A stretch of 37,226 bases of DNA from Methanobacteriota archaeon (GTDB lineage: Archaea; Thermoplasmatota; Poseidoniia; Poseidoniales; Poseidoniaceae). The DNA lies in the NCBI GenBank assembly GCA_002689345.1, contig NZFU01000053.1:3169-40394 (forward strand). Reading direction: 5' to 3'. This document shows, in pieces, positions 9,654 through 19,232 of this stretch (positions within the stretch are counted from its first letter, which is position 1; the number at the start of each line of letters is the position of its first letter). The notes under the pieces were generated by a model. It was not told where the DNA came from and ran no database searches. It saw only the letters and a list, made by a program, of their open reading frames with translations. The translations under genes were made by a program, and so were the position numbers.

Positions 9654-11627
9654 TCACAACTCTTGTTCTCGATTAGATCTAGCGTAAAAGACGGCGCCTA
9701 AAGTGGCTAGTATCATTGTGACTCCGAGGAATCCAGGTGTATTATCTTCGTCCTTATCTTCATCATCATTAGATGTAGGCTCAATACCTCCGTCACCAAC
9801 AGTAATCTTACCGAACATGTCCAAGGAGATATGTGGTTCACATGCATAATAGAAGATTGTATCTTCTGTAAATGTGTGATGGAAATCAACGGTAGTTGCT
9901 GCATTTCCAGAAGTAATTCCTCCTTCAACATAGGTTGACGACTTCATTCCATCTACTTCCTTAACATTGTGAGCCATTTCCGCATCGGTCCATTGCCAAC
10001 ATACAGTTTGATTGACCGCTATTGTTACAGATGCTGGTGAGAATGCAGATCCATCAGAAGATATTCCAATAGTTACATCACAGGTTACAACGTCAGATTC
10101 GTTTTCTTCTACTTCATCCGCTGGCGGCATAATCACTTTGTCAATAACATGGATTACACCATTGCTTGCTGGAACATCTGCAAGGGTAACCATTGCCATC
10201 TCAGTTCCAACCATTACACCGGAATCTGTGACATGAATCATCAGATCATCGCCATTTGCCGCTGTAACCGTTGTCATTCCCACAGTTAAATCGGATGACA
10301 TAATCTTACCAGGCACTACGTGGTAAAGTAGTATGTCTGCGAGTGTCTCTGTTGACAATTCTGGGTCTGATAAATCAATACCTGCTGCGACAAATGCTTC
10401 GTCTGTAGGTGCAAATACTGTATAATTATCTTCACCAGAAAGAGTTGCAACTAAATTGGCTTGAGTTAATGCTGCAACTAATGATGTGTGAATCGAAGTT
10501 GCTGCAGCTGTCATTGCAATATTGACCGCTGGCGTCCACATGTATCCTTCACAAATTGCTTGACTTTGATTAGCAACTGCATGTGACACCATATTGTAAC
10601 AACCGGTAACAGTTTGTCCTTGTACTTCGTAATCTTCTACGTACATGTATGCTTCACAAGATGTTTGATCTGCACCAGGAACAATTGTATGTGTAATGAC
10701 ATTGTAACAGATTTCTCCTTCAGGTCCCATGTCCGGCATCAATACTTTATCGATGATATGAATGACACCATTGCTTGCCATAACATTCGCAGTAGTTACT
10801 GTTGCATCATTTACCATTACACTATCAGAATCGATAGTAATCATGACTTCTTCTTGATTTAACATAGTAACTGCCATTCCATCGCTCAGTGCATCTGAAG
10901 TGACAGCTCCCATTGTTACATGGTATGCTAGAATATTTGCCAAGGCTGTAATTCCATCATCCCCTTCGAAATCTGTCAAGTCAATATTTGCGTCTGCAAA
11001 TGCCTGATCTGTTGGGGCGAACAATGTGAATGGTCCGTCACCTTGAAGTGTTTCTAGAAGATTCGCTTGTACCACTGCTGCTACTAATGATGTGTGAACT
11101 CCAGTCCCAGTAGCAACAGTTGGAATGTCAGGCTCCTCTATTACAGGAGGCATGAGTACTGTGTCGATGACATGAATAACACCATTGCTAGCCATTACAT
11201 CAGGTGTGGTAACATTTGCATTTCCGATCATCACCGTTCCATCAGATACGGAAAAACTTGCATTATCCCCATTCATCATTGTGACGGTAAGACCATCGGT
11301 AACTGCACTTGATTCAACTGAACCTTGGTAAACATGGTACAACAAGATATCAGTCAGAGTTGCATTGCGTTCATCGGTATCATATGTAGATAAATCAATT
11401 CCAGCATTTGTGAATGCATCATCGGTTGGAGCAAACACTGTGAAGGGCCCTTCACCCTGAAGAGCAGATACTAAATCGGCGTGCACAAGTGCTGCAACGA
11501 GAGAATCATGTTCTCCAGTTGCTGCAGCATTTGCAGGTATATCTTCGGTCTCATCAGCAGACACGCCAAATGGCAGGGCCGACAGCATAAGTAAGGCTAC
11601 AAGTAAACTAACGCTTTTTCTTTGCAT
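9654..11627 (-). CDS. Secreted 3x fasciclin (FAS1) + plastocyanin-like cupredoxin protein with PGF-CTERM-like anchor
   Basis: Signal peptide; three FAPTDxAF...ILxYHV...ASNGVIHxID repeats; type-1 copper ligands HNV...YACEPHISLDM; C-terminal TPGF + TM + basic residues. Confidence 0.92.
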   Translation of the reverse strand: MQRKSVSLLVALLMLSALPFGVSADETEDIPANAAATGEHDSLVAALVHADLVSALQGEGPFTVFAPTDDAFTNAGIDLSTYDTDERNATLTDILLYHVYQGSVESSAVTDGLTVTMMNGDNASFSVSDGTVMIGNANVTTPDVMASNGVIHVIDTVLMPPVIEEPDIPTVATGTGVHTSLVAAVVQANLLETLQGDGPFTLFAPTDQAFADANIDLTDFEGDDGITALANILAYHVTMGAVTSDALSDGMAVTMLNQEEVMITIDSDSVMVNDATVTTANVMASNGVIHIIDKVLMPDMGPEGEICYNVITHTIVPGADQTSCEAYMYVEDYEVQGQTVTGCYNMVSHAVANQSQAICEGYMWTPAVNIAMTAAATSIHTSLVAALTQANLVATLSGEDNYTVFAPTDEAFVAAGIDLSDPELSTETLADILLYHVVPGKIMSSDLTVGMTTVTAANGDDLMIHVTDSGVMVGTEMAMVTLADVPASNGVIHVIDKVIMPPADEVEENESDVVTCDVTIGISSDGSAFSPASVTIAVNQTVCWQWTDAEMAHNVKEVDGMKSSTYVEGGITSGNAATTVDFHHTFTEDTIFYYACEPHISLDMFGKITVGDGGIEPTSNDDEDKDEDNTPGFLGVTMILATLGAVFYARSNREQEL

Positions 11628-11648
11628 CGTTTCTTGGGGATTTCTTTA

Positions 11649-11658
11649 GGTATATACC
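11649..11658 (-). promoter_or_regulatory. TATA box within perfect palindrome GGTATATACC upstream of the fasciclin gene
   Basis: TATATA lies at -29..-24 from ATG 11627, preceded on the coding strand by A-rich AAACAAAATG (BRE-like). Confidence 0.6.
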
Positions 11659-11741
11659 ATTTTGTTTTGTAACATAATTTTCAAACGTAGCATTGAACAA
11701 TTATTCCGCTCCATTGAAAGGCAAAGCCCCTTGCAGAAATT

Positions 11742-14114
11742 ATGCGCCGTATTTTGTTGGTACTAATCATTGCGATGATTATGCCACAAATGCCGGTTAG
11801 TGCAAGCGAAGATTCGTTTGACTTTTTTATCGATGATGAAGTGGTAATCCACCCAGGGGAAACTGTGCCTTTTCGTATCGCTTGGCACAACATTGTAGGG
11901 TTTGAGAGACATTTCCAAATAAATGTAAATCAATCACATTCCAACTTAACTATCGATGAAATCCCTGTAAATTGGACCAGGGTTGCATCGGGAAGATTAG
12001 GTGAGATGAACATCAATTTAACCGTCGCCTCTAACTCAAATTTTGAGACAATCCAATTCTCTCTTGATATTACTTGTCAAGAAGTACCAGAATGGAAGGA
12101 AACACATGAAATCGATGTCTTGGTATCCAGATGGTCGAGTCTAAACTTTGGTGCTAATGATGGGTCATCATTCTATGTCCAACAAAATGTGAATACAAGT
12201 CTAGCAGTAAATATTTCAAACTCAGCCGGCTATGAAGACTCGGTTACAATTCGTATGAACACGCCATCAAATTGGCAGTATGGATTTGTTGATGATATGA
12301 ACAATGACAATGAAGTTCTCATAGATTTATTAGATGGAGATGATGTTTTTGTTTACTTCTGGATTATCACTCCTAAAGTGCAAGATGGAGCACCACTTGC
12401 TGGCACTGGTCCAACATTTACACTAGAAGCTGTATCAGGCCTAGATAGAAGAGTCGAAAGTTGGACATTCGGCCTTGAAATGCAAACATTTCACAATATG
12501 AGTATTGATGATGTTGATGAAAACCTAAGTCTTGACCCCGGCGATACAGGAAGAATTGAAGTTACGGTAAGAAACAATGGTAATATCGACACCTTCCTTG
12601 ATGCATCATTGCGTATAGGTTCACTGAATGATGACCGAATCGAAGTTGATGGATGGACAATTGCATTATTCAACGCATTTGAATCTCAATCTCTAGCTCC
12701 AAATGAATCTCGATTAATTGAAATCGGATTTGAATCACCAAATGTGAATGATGACGAAATCGAAGTTGAACTGATAATCAAACCCGAGGCTTTTCCTCAG
12801 CGTGTCAATTCAATCACTATGTCTTCATCAATAAATTGGGAAAGGGGTGGTGTTATCTCATCGGCATCTAATCCATGTTACTCAGTACTATGGAATCAAA
12901 CCTGTCAACAGATGATTCAGATAGAGAATACTGGGAATTTCTATGAAGAATATTCGCTGCAAATTGTTGATGAAAATGGTATGAGTTTCGAGATTACATC
13001 TGAAATTATTGGTTTATCAAAAGACCAATTAAGTTCAGAAATTCCATTGAATCTGACACCACTCGTTGGGGCTGAGGGATTACTACCTGCCTCTGCAAAT
13101 TTAGAATTGCGACGCTCTGACGGTACACTAGTTGACTCGATTGCAATTTCATCATCCACTGCACCTAATGTTAATTGGATTTGTGAAAACGCATCAGATT
13201 CAGTCAATAATGGCAAACTCGAAGTATCGATTACAATGCGAAATGATGGTAATACTGCAGATGGTTTAGTAGTAAGAATGACATCTTCATACTATACAGA
13301 TATGAGTTTCATCCCCCCCGATAATGCGATTGTTGAAGATGGTTCATCTAACATCAGATCTTTCGAAGTAATCAATAATGAGAAAGGAGAAAATTTCACA
13401 TTTAGGGCTTGGGCTAAAATTCCGAATGACCAAGGTTCAGATGATGACTTTTACCTCAACATAACAGCCCATAGTAGACTTGCTGAAGAAAATCCATTTT
13501 TGTTTTCGGCCAACTCCTCCTTCGATGCTGCTATTTCTGTTGAGGATGACGAAAGTTCTGTAGTGAATTCGATCACTGATTTGATTTCATCATTCTTCTC
13601 GATCATATGGGCCTGGAAATGGATTCTTGTTGCAGCTTTGGTTAGTGGATTAATGATTAACAAATCCTTGCGGGATAGGCAATTAAGACTAGATGAAGCA
13701 GCTCTGAATAATCCGGTAAAAAAAGATGATGAGCAACCAGATGATTGGATGGCTGAATTTGCTAACAAGAAGCAGGCAGTTCCTGAACCTGCTCAATCAC
13801 CTGAAATACCATCTGAAGTATTCACTGGGATGTTCCAAGCCGTTGGTGGCGAAAGAAAACCTACTGCTGAACCTGTAGATTCACAACTTGTTGGTGCGGC
13901 AAATACTGTGCTTGACCACCATGATACACAAAATGTCAAGTCAAAAATGAATGTACTAGCAAGTGATATTGCTGGCGGAGACATCAGTAGGCCACATAGT
14001 GCAAATGTAGCATTACCAGATGACATAGTACCAGTCACAGAAAGAACTGTTCCCGTGGTTAAGGAGAAAACTGCAATCCCAGAGATGTTGGATTTGGATG
14101 ACCTTGATTTGTGA
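11742..14114 (+). CDS. Secreted multi-Ig-like-domain protein with single TM and acidic cytoplasmic tail
   Basis: Signal peptide; repeated NxGN motifs (RNNGNIDT, ENTGNF, RNDGNTAD); TM IIWAWKWILVAALVSGLMI; ~145-aa tail. Confidence 0.8.
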   Translation: MRRILLVLIIAMIMPQMPVSASEDSFDFFIDDEVVIHPGETVPFRIAWHNIVGFERHFQINVNQSHSNLTIDEIPVNWTRVASGRLGEMNINLTVASNSNFETIQFSLDITCQEVPEWKETHEIDVLVSRWSSLNFGANDGSSFYVQQNVNTSLAVNISNSAGYEDSVTIRMNTPSNWQYGFVDDMNNDNEVLIDLLDGDDVFVYFWIITPKVQDGAPLAGTGPTFTLEAVSGLDRRVESWTFGLEMQTFHNMSIDDVDENLSLDPGDTGRIEVTVRNNGNIDTFLDASLRIGSLNDDRIEVDGWTIALFNAFESQSLAPNESRLIEIGFESPNVNDDEIEVELIIKPEAFPQRVNSITMSSSINWERGGVISSASNPCYSVLWNQTCQQMIQIENTGNFYEEYSLQIVDENGMSFEITSEIIGLSKDQLSSEIPLNLTPLVGAEGLLPASANLELRRSDGTLVDSIAISSSTAPNVNWICENASDSVNNGKLEVSITMRNDGNTADGLVVRMTSSYYTDMSFIPPDNAIVEDGSSNIRSFEVINNEKGENFTFRAWAKIPNDQGSDDDFYLNITAHSRLAEENPFLFSANSSFDAAISVEDDESSVVNSITDLISSFFSIIWAWKWILVAALVSGLMINKSLRDRQLRLDEAALNNPVKKDDEQPDDWMAEFANKKQAVPEPAQSPEIPSEVFTGMFQAVGGERKPTAEPVDSQLVGAANTVLDHHDTQNVKSKMNVLASDIAGGDISRPHSANVALPDDIVPVTERTVPVVKEKTAIPEMLDLDDLDL

Positions 14115-14122
14115 GTGGTAAT

Positions 14123-14758
14123 ATGAAAATCGGCGTAGATGAGGCAGGTAGAGGTCCAGTTATTGGCCCATTAGTTGTCTGTGCTTTCGCATCCATATCT
14201 CAATCAAGTTTGAGAGAACTTGGAGTCAAGGATTCAAAAGACCTCAGTCCAAAAAAGAGAGAAGAGTTATTTGAAATCTTATCGGAAATGCCTCATCGAG
14301 TAGTGGTTTGCCCCCCTGAGAGAATTGATAATTCGGATAATCTGAATCACCTCGAAGTTGAATTGTTTGCAGAAGCTCTTGCGGCTATGCCTGATGGCCA
14401 AATCATGTTGGATGCCTGTGATGTAGATGCCCAAAGATTTGCCCGGAATGTTTCAGCATTATCCAAAAGAGAATGTATGGCTGAGCACAAAGCAGATGAA
14501 AACCACCCTGAAGTTAGTGCTGCAAGTATTATTGCCAAAGTTACAAGAGATCGAATCGTTCGAGAATTATCTGAGGAAATCGGTATCGATTTAGGTAGCG
14601 GCTATCCTTCAGATCCAAAAACAAAGAAGGCTGTTATTGAACTGGTTAAGGGTGAAAGACCACATGACTGTTTACGTTGGTCTTGGAAAACTGTAGAAAA
14701 TGCATGGGGCGGTACTCCTCCACCACGCCCAAATGCACGCCAACAAACCTTGTTTTGA
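14123..14758 (+). CDS. rnhB: Ribonuclease HII
   Basis: IGVDEAGRGPVIGP, VKDSK, HKAD, SAASIIAKVTRD, GSGYPSDP; C-terminal PIP-like RQQTLF. Alternative GTG start at 14111. Confidence 0.96.
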   Translation: MKIGVDEAGRGPVIGPLVVCAFASISQSSLRELGVKDSKDLSPKKREELFEILSEMPHRVVVCPPERIDNSDNLNHLEVELFAEALAAMPDGQIMLDACDVDAQRFARNVSALSKRECMAEHKADENHPEVSAASIIAKVTRDRIVRELSEEIGIDLGSGYPSDPKTKKAVIELVKGERPHDCLRWSWKTVENAWGGTPPPRPNARQQTLF

Positions 14759-14783
14759 AGAACTAAAGGCCCCACGCCCAATT

Positions 14784-16454
14784 ATGGAGTGGGAGCCGGA
14801 CCAATCGATATTGGACCTAATTCGTCATCTTGCACTGCAAAACAGTTTGCAATATGCCGGGAAAGGTCAAGCCGGCTCAGTGATTAGTCGAATCATGGGT
14901 AATCGTGCTGATTTAAGGCAACATGGTAAGCACATTGCGCCAATGGTTGCAAAAGCGGTTAACGATGCAAATGCGATGGCTGAATCAGATGGCTTAGATG
15001 CAATTAATGCAATTTTAGAGGCAGAGGCACCTGAACTATTGGAGAGGAAAGTTCAGACTCGACGTGAAGGTTTACCGGAATTGCCAAATTTGAATGATAG
15101 AAAACCTGTACTTCGCTTTGCTCCAAACCCAAATGGTCCACTATCGTTTGGCCATTCACGAGGATTAGTAATCAATGGCCAATATGCTAAGGATTTGAAT
15201 GGTGAGTTAATTCTGCGTTTTGATGATACGGATACAACCGTTAAACCACCTATGATGGAGGCTTACCAATCCATACCCATTCAACAGGAGTGGTTGTGTG
15301 GTTTTCCGGCTCATCGCATAGTTGTAGCAAGTGAAAGGATGGAGCATTATCACGATCATGCAAAACAAATGCTAGAAGGTGGATTTGGATATGTTTGTAC
15401 CTGTTCAGCCGAAGATTTCCGAGAACATAGAGTGGCTAAGACTGAATGTCCTTGCCGTAATAATGAAATTTCTACAAACTTAGAAGGATGGCAGCAAATG
15501 AATGACCCTGATGGCTATCAGCCTGGTGATGCAGTACTACGTGTAAAAACAGATATGACTCTCAAAAACCCAGCCCTAAGGGACTGGCCTGCTGCTAGAA
15601 TTCAAACCAACCCACACCCTAGAGTTGGAAATAGATGGCGGGTTTGGCCATTACTTGATTTCCAATCTGCTGTTGAAGATCACTTACAAGGTGTGACTCA
15701 CATTATTCGTGGAAAGGATTTAATGGACTCCACTCGAAAGCAAACATTGCTCTACAAACACTTTGGATGGGAATATCCTGAAACAATTTACTGGGGACGA
15801 GTTAAAGTTCATGAATTCGGAGCATTTTCAACATCACAAATGAAAAAGGACATTGCTGAAGGACTTTACAGTGATTGGAATGACCCCCGATTGCCAACTC
15901 TTTCGGCCCTTTCAAGAAGAGGTATCCAGCCAGAATCGCTACGCTCATTTTGGATAGAGTTAGGGCTAACTCAGAAAGACATTGCAGTACCACTGTCCAC
16001 ACTGTATTCGCACAATACAAAGAAAATTGACCCAAGGGCACCGAGATTGGCATTCGTTCGAAACGCATTCCCTATTGTTCTGAATGGAAATTTCCCTAGA
16101 ACTGGAGAAATCCAATCTCACTCTGATACAGAAATGGCACCAAGAAATTACTCAATTGATGAAGGTGTTTGGATTGAGCAGGATGATTCAGGTAAGCCTA
16201 TTCGTTTGAAAGATCTATGTGATATTGATGAAAATGGAAATGTCGAGAGTATTGACAGAAGTGACAAACGTAGTGTTGTGCATTGGGTTGCGAAAGGAAA
16301 GCCATCTAAACTCACTATAGCATCTGGTCAAGACCTGAAAACAGTCGAAGGGATTTTGGAAGACCACACACATCCAGTTGGAACGATTGTCCAATTAGAA
16401 AGAATTGGATATGCCATCGTTGAAGATGATGGATTACTTATGGTCCACGACTGA
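14784..16454 (+). CDS. gltX: Glutamyl-tRNA synthetase (archaeal type)
   Basis: RFAPNPNGPLSFGH, LRFDDTD, YVCTC..CPCR, THIIRGKDL, FSTS, DPRLPTL, QLERIGY. Start moved to ATG 14784 to avoid the rnhB overlap. Confidence 0.95.
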   Translation: MEWEPDQSILDLIRHLALQNSLQYAGKGQAGSVISRIMGNRADLRQHGKHIAPMVAKAVNDANAMAESDGLDAINAILEAEAPELLERKVQTRREGLPELPNLNDRKPVLRFAPNPNGPLSFGHSRGLVINGQYAKDLNGELILRFDDTDTTVKPPMMEAYQSIPIQQEWLCGFPAHRIVVASERMEHYHDHAKQMLEGGFGYVCTCSAEDFREHRVAKTECPCRNNEISTNLEGWQQMNDPDGYQPGDAVLRVKTDMTLKNPALRDWPAARIQTNPHPRVGNRWRVWPLLDFQSAVEDHLQGVTHIIRGKDLMDSTRKQTLLYKHFGWEYPETIYWGRVKVHEFGAFSTSQMKKDIAEGLYSDWNDPRLPTLSALSRRGIQPESLRSFWIELGLTQKDIAVPLSTLYSHNTKKIDPRAPRLAFVRNAFPIVLNGNFPRTGEIQSHSDTEMAPRNYSIDEGVWIEQDDSGKPIRLKDLCDIDENGNVESIDRSDKRSVVHWVAKGKPSKLTIASGQDLKTVEGILEDHTHPVGTIVQLERIGYAIVEDDGLLMVHD

Positions 16455-16704
16455 GGAATACCGGTTCACCATCATCTGTCATAATGACAAACTTAGGGCG
16501 CCATTTTTGGTTCATTTGTGGAGTTGGGTCAACCAATATATCCAACTCACAGGCATTCCCGCAATTTCCTTTACGCTCAAGATGCTGCTCGGTCAAAACA
16601 CCAAGTATGGTTTCAGAACCCCAAACGACTAACGCATCGACTGATTTTAGCCTCGATTTAGCTTCCTCAAGCGAATCTTCAGCACCGATTGTAGAGAATT
16701 CCAT
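16438..16704 (-). CDS. Small protein with degenerate CBS-like domain
   Basis: TIGAEDSLEEA..L....ALVV....ILGVLTEQHL resembles the CBS pattern; GAGGTG SD before ATG 16704. Confidence 0.6.
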   Translation of the reverse strand: MEFSTIGAEDSLEEAKSRLKSVDALVVWGSETILGVLTEQHLERKGNCGNACELDILVDPTPQMNQKWRPKFVIMTDDGEPVFLSRGP

Positions 16705-16778
16705 ACACCTCACTACTTGGGAAGGTCCATCAATTATACCATAGGTGGATTCAAGACTGTTGGCGTGTACGAGGTGTC

Positions 16779-17129
16779 ATGGCAATCGAGCGTCTACTGA
16801 CTGGCAGCATCGGAACTCAGGTGAAAGAACTGATGGCAACAGAAGATATTATGATCGAAGCTGTTCGTGATTTAGTAAAGGATGAAATCAAAGCATACAT
16901 CCGTGCAAAGGTCGAAGCAGACCAAGAATTAAAGGATGAATTAAAAGAGTCAATCACCTATTATTTCAATGCAAAAGCACGTTCTGTTTACGCTGAATTA
17001 AAGGCTAGTAGAGCCGCTGCAAAATTAGGTCTGCGAATTCTACCAGACGACCTTCAAGGTGAAGTTGGAGAAGCTTTGGTAGGATTATTCGAAAAGGAAC
17101 TCGGCAATCTTCTAGAGAAGGCACTTTGA
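16779..17129 (+). CDS. Hypothetical alpha-helical protein (116 aa)
   Basis: Clean ORF, GAGGTG SD, charged amphipathic composition. Confidence 0.8.
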   Translation: MAIERLLTGSIGTQVKELMATEDIMIEAVRDLVKDEIKAYIRAKVEADQELKDELKESITYYFNAKARSVYAELKASRAAAKLGLRILPDDLQGEVGEALVGLFEKELGNLLEKAL

Positions 17130-17144
17130 GCCCCATAGGGCTCA
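17127..17144 (+). repeat. Palindrome TGAGCCCCATAGGGCTCA beginning at a stop codon (copy 2)
   Basis: Differs from copy 1 (4396-4380) by one inserted C; both are followed closely by TTAGGC. Confidence 0.75.
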
Positions 17145-17201
17145 TTAGGCCACAGTTTTGAATAGGGTAATGCTTGCAGAGTCGTTTAGGTGAATCCACC
17201 T

Positions 17202-19232
17202 ATGCGCACAATTCGTCCACTTTTATTGTGTGTTATCCTACTATTTTCCTGCACACCTGCCTATGAAGCTCAGGCTGAGACTGTAGAGATTTGTTGTGAT
17301 TCCGGGCCTGTGGAATTGCATTTGCTTGGCCCAGCGAGTTCAGGTACCATGTCACCATTTGATGCCGAATTAAATGCTGAATCTGAAGAGGTCACAATTT
17401 CTGATGCTATTGCACAGCAACAAGAGATTGCGGTTTGGAAAATTAATCCTGCGTGGTCAGGAACTTATCCATCATCCACCTGGGAGTTTTCAATCGAATA
17501 TGAAGTAGCAAATGCAGGTGGTGCACAAATCAATGCATCGGTATCTGTGGAGATCAGTGGAGAAACTTTCATTGGAACAACCGACCAATCTAATTCATTC
17601 TTACCTGCGGGAAGTGGAAAATTAAGTATTGATATCAATGTTGAAGCTGGCTCAATTCCTTCATCAACCGAAATCAGTGTCACACTTCTAGCACAGACAG
17701 TTGTGTTTAGCGTACCTGGAACAGATGCTGGATTGACATTTAATTGGGGAGGAGTTGATGATGACTCGACAATTATGGCAGATATTCCTATTGTCGACCT
17801 ATTGATTGATGAACCAACATCGGAAGGAATGGATGTCTATGTCTCCATGGTTGTCGCTTCACCATTTGGACAAATGACAGCAGCGCATGCTAATAGTCTT
17901 GAATTACGAGTCAACAATGGTGTAGTCACAGGAGACCCTATCGAAACGAGCAGTGGACAATTTGTACGCCTAACTTGGACATGGAGAGCAGTTGTCGAGG
18001 GTGAGCAAAATATCACTGTTGAAGGAAGCATACAAGTTCAGTCAGGCACCCCTACACTTTCAGGTAGCACTGAATTTACAATCAGTACATTTGATGATGG
18101 CAATGATGGAGGCGGGACATTTTATCCCACAGAAGAACCGCTGAGAACGGATGGAGGGGGGTCTCCATTAATTGTCAATATGGAACTGAATCTCAACAAT
18201 ACAATGCAAGATGGTGACCAATATCTCACGCTTGAACGGACAATCGAATTGACTGTCGACGAGGAAATAGCCTATTGGATGAGATGGGGAATGGACAACA
18301 TTGGTAATGAAGACCCTAGCCTAACCACATCTCTAAGAATTTTTAATTCAGGAATGGTTAGTGAAGATGACAGAAGAAACAGAGTAATCGACGATGTCGA
18401 AAAGAGTGAATTCGAAAACCAAATGGTTAACTTAGCTGTAACCTACATGAACGAAGGAATGGCTTTAGAATTAGAAGAGCTAATCGGTAATGATGTTATG
18501 AATTTGGAAAAAATCTCATTCTCAGTTGATTTATTAGGCGAGGATAAAGTAACACCTCACCCTCTAACTTTGACCATTAAAACTGAAGAAATCTTAGGCG
18601 GTAATAACCTAACTACTTTGGTTAGAAATTTCGTAATTGTCCAGCCGTCTCCGATTTGGTCAGGTATTGATTTGAAAATAATGATCGAAACCGGAATCAT
18701 GGCTAGTCTAACTGGTGCCTCGATTGGAGGAGATGATTCTTTGGAATTCACACATAGAAGAACTCCATTTGGTGAATCGATTGAAATCAATGCCCAAAAT
18801 CTAGAGCCTGGAGCTACATTCTCATTCACTGCAATGCCCACCAATAATCCACTAAACGCTCCATTGAGTTTGACATTAATCACACTGGGCATTTTGGCAG
18901 GAGGATTCTGGTTCGCTATGCGTCTTACTAAGAAAAAGAGGCGAAGTGCTCTGTGGATTGAAATGGTTTTGATTCCTGTAGTCTTACTTACATTGTACTT
19001 AGCATACCCTCCTTTTACTGTAGGAGTAATTGCTGCAACTGCGGTAACTATGTGGATTATTACCGCTATTGCAAGCCCACGAAGAAAGGGCCTAGCCGTT
19101 GATAAAATTGAAACTACATTCCCGATTATTGAATGTCCTGCATGCAGCACACCTAATCCAATCACTACTGATGAGCGTCCTTTCCGAATGCCATGTAGTG
19201 GATGTGGCCGAGTGTTGAAAATTGTCGAGTGA
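17202..19232 (+). CDS. Secreted-ectodomain membrane protein with three C-terminal TMs and zinc-ribbon tail
   Basis: Signal peptide after AGGTGA SD; three hydrophobic helices near the C-terminus; CPAC...CSGC at the end. Confidence 0.82.
   Translation: MRTIRPLLLCVILLFSCTPAYEAQAETVEICCDSGPVELHLLGPASSGTMSPFDAELNAESEEVTISDAIAQQQEIAVWKINPAWSGTYPSSTWEFSIEYEVANAGGAQINASVSVEISGETFIGTTDQSNSFLPAGSGKLSIDINVEAGSIPSSTEISVTLLAQTVVFSVPGTDAGLTFNWGGVDDDSTIMADIPIVDLLIDEPTSEGMDVYVSMVVASPFGQMTAAHANSLELRVNNGVVTGDPIETSSGQFVRLTWTWRAVVEGEQNITVEGSIQVQSGTPTLSGSTEFTISTFDDGNDGGGTFYPTEEPLRTDGGGSPLIVNMELNLNNTMQDGDQYLTLERTIELTVDEEIAYWMRWGMDNIGNEDPSLTTSLRIFNSGMVSEDDRRNRVIDDVEKSEFENQMVNLAVTYMNEGMALELEELIGNDVMNLEKISFSVDLLGEDKVTPHPLTLTIKTEEILGGNNLTTLVRNFVIVQPSPIWSGIDLKIMIETGIMASLTGASIGGDDSLEFTHRRTPFGESIEINAQNLEPGATFSFTAMPTNNPLNAPLSLTLITLGILAGGFWFAMRLTKKKRRSALWIEMVLIPVVLLTLYLAYPPFTVGVIAATAVTMWIITAIASPRRKGLAVDKIETTFPIIECPACSTPNPITTDERPFRMPCSGCGRVLKIVE

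Noticed and set aside
11645-11662. TTTAGGTATATACCATTT as a DtxR/IdeR iron box
   Set aside because: Only the left half resembles TTAGGT; the right half and spacing do not fit.
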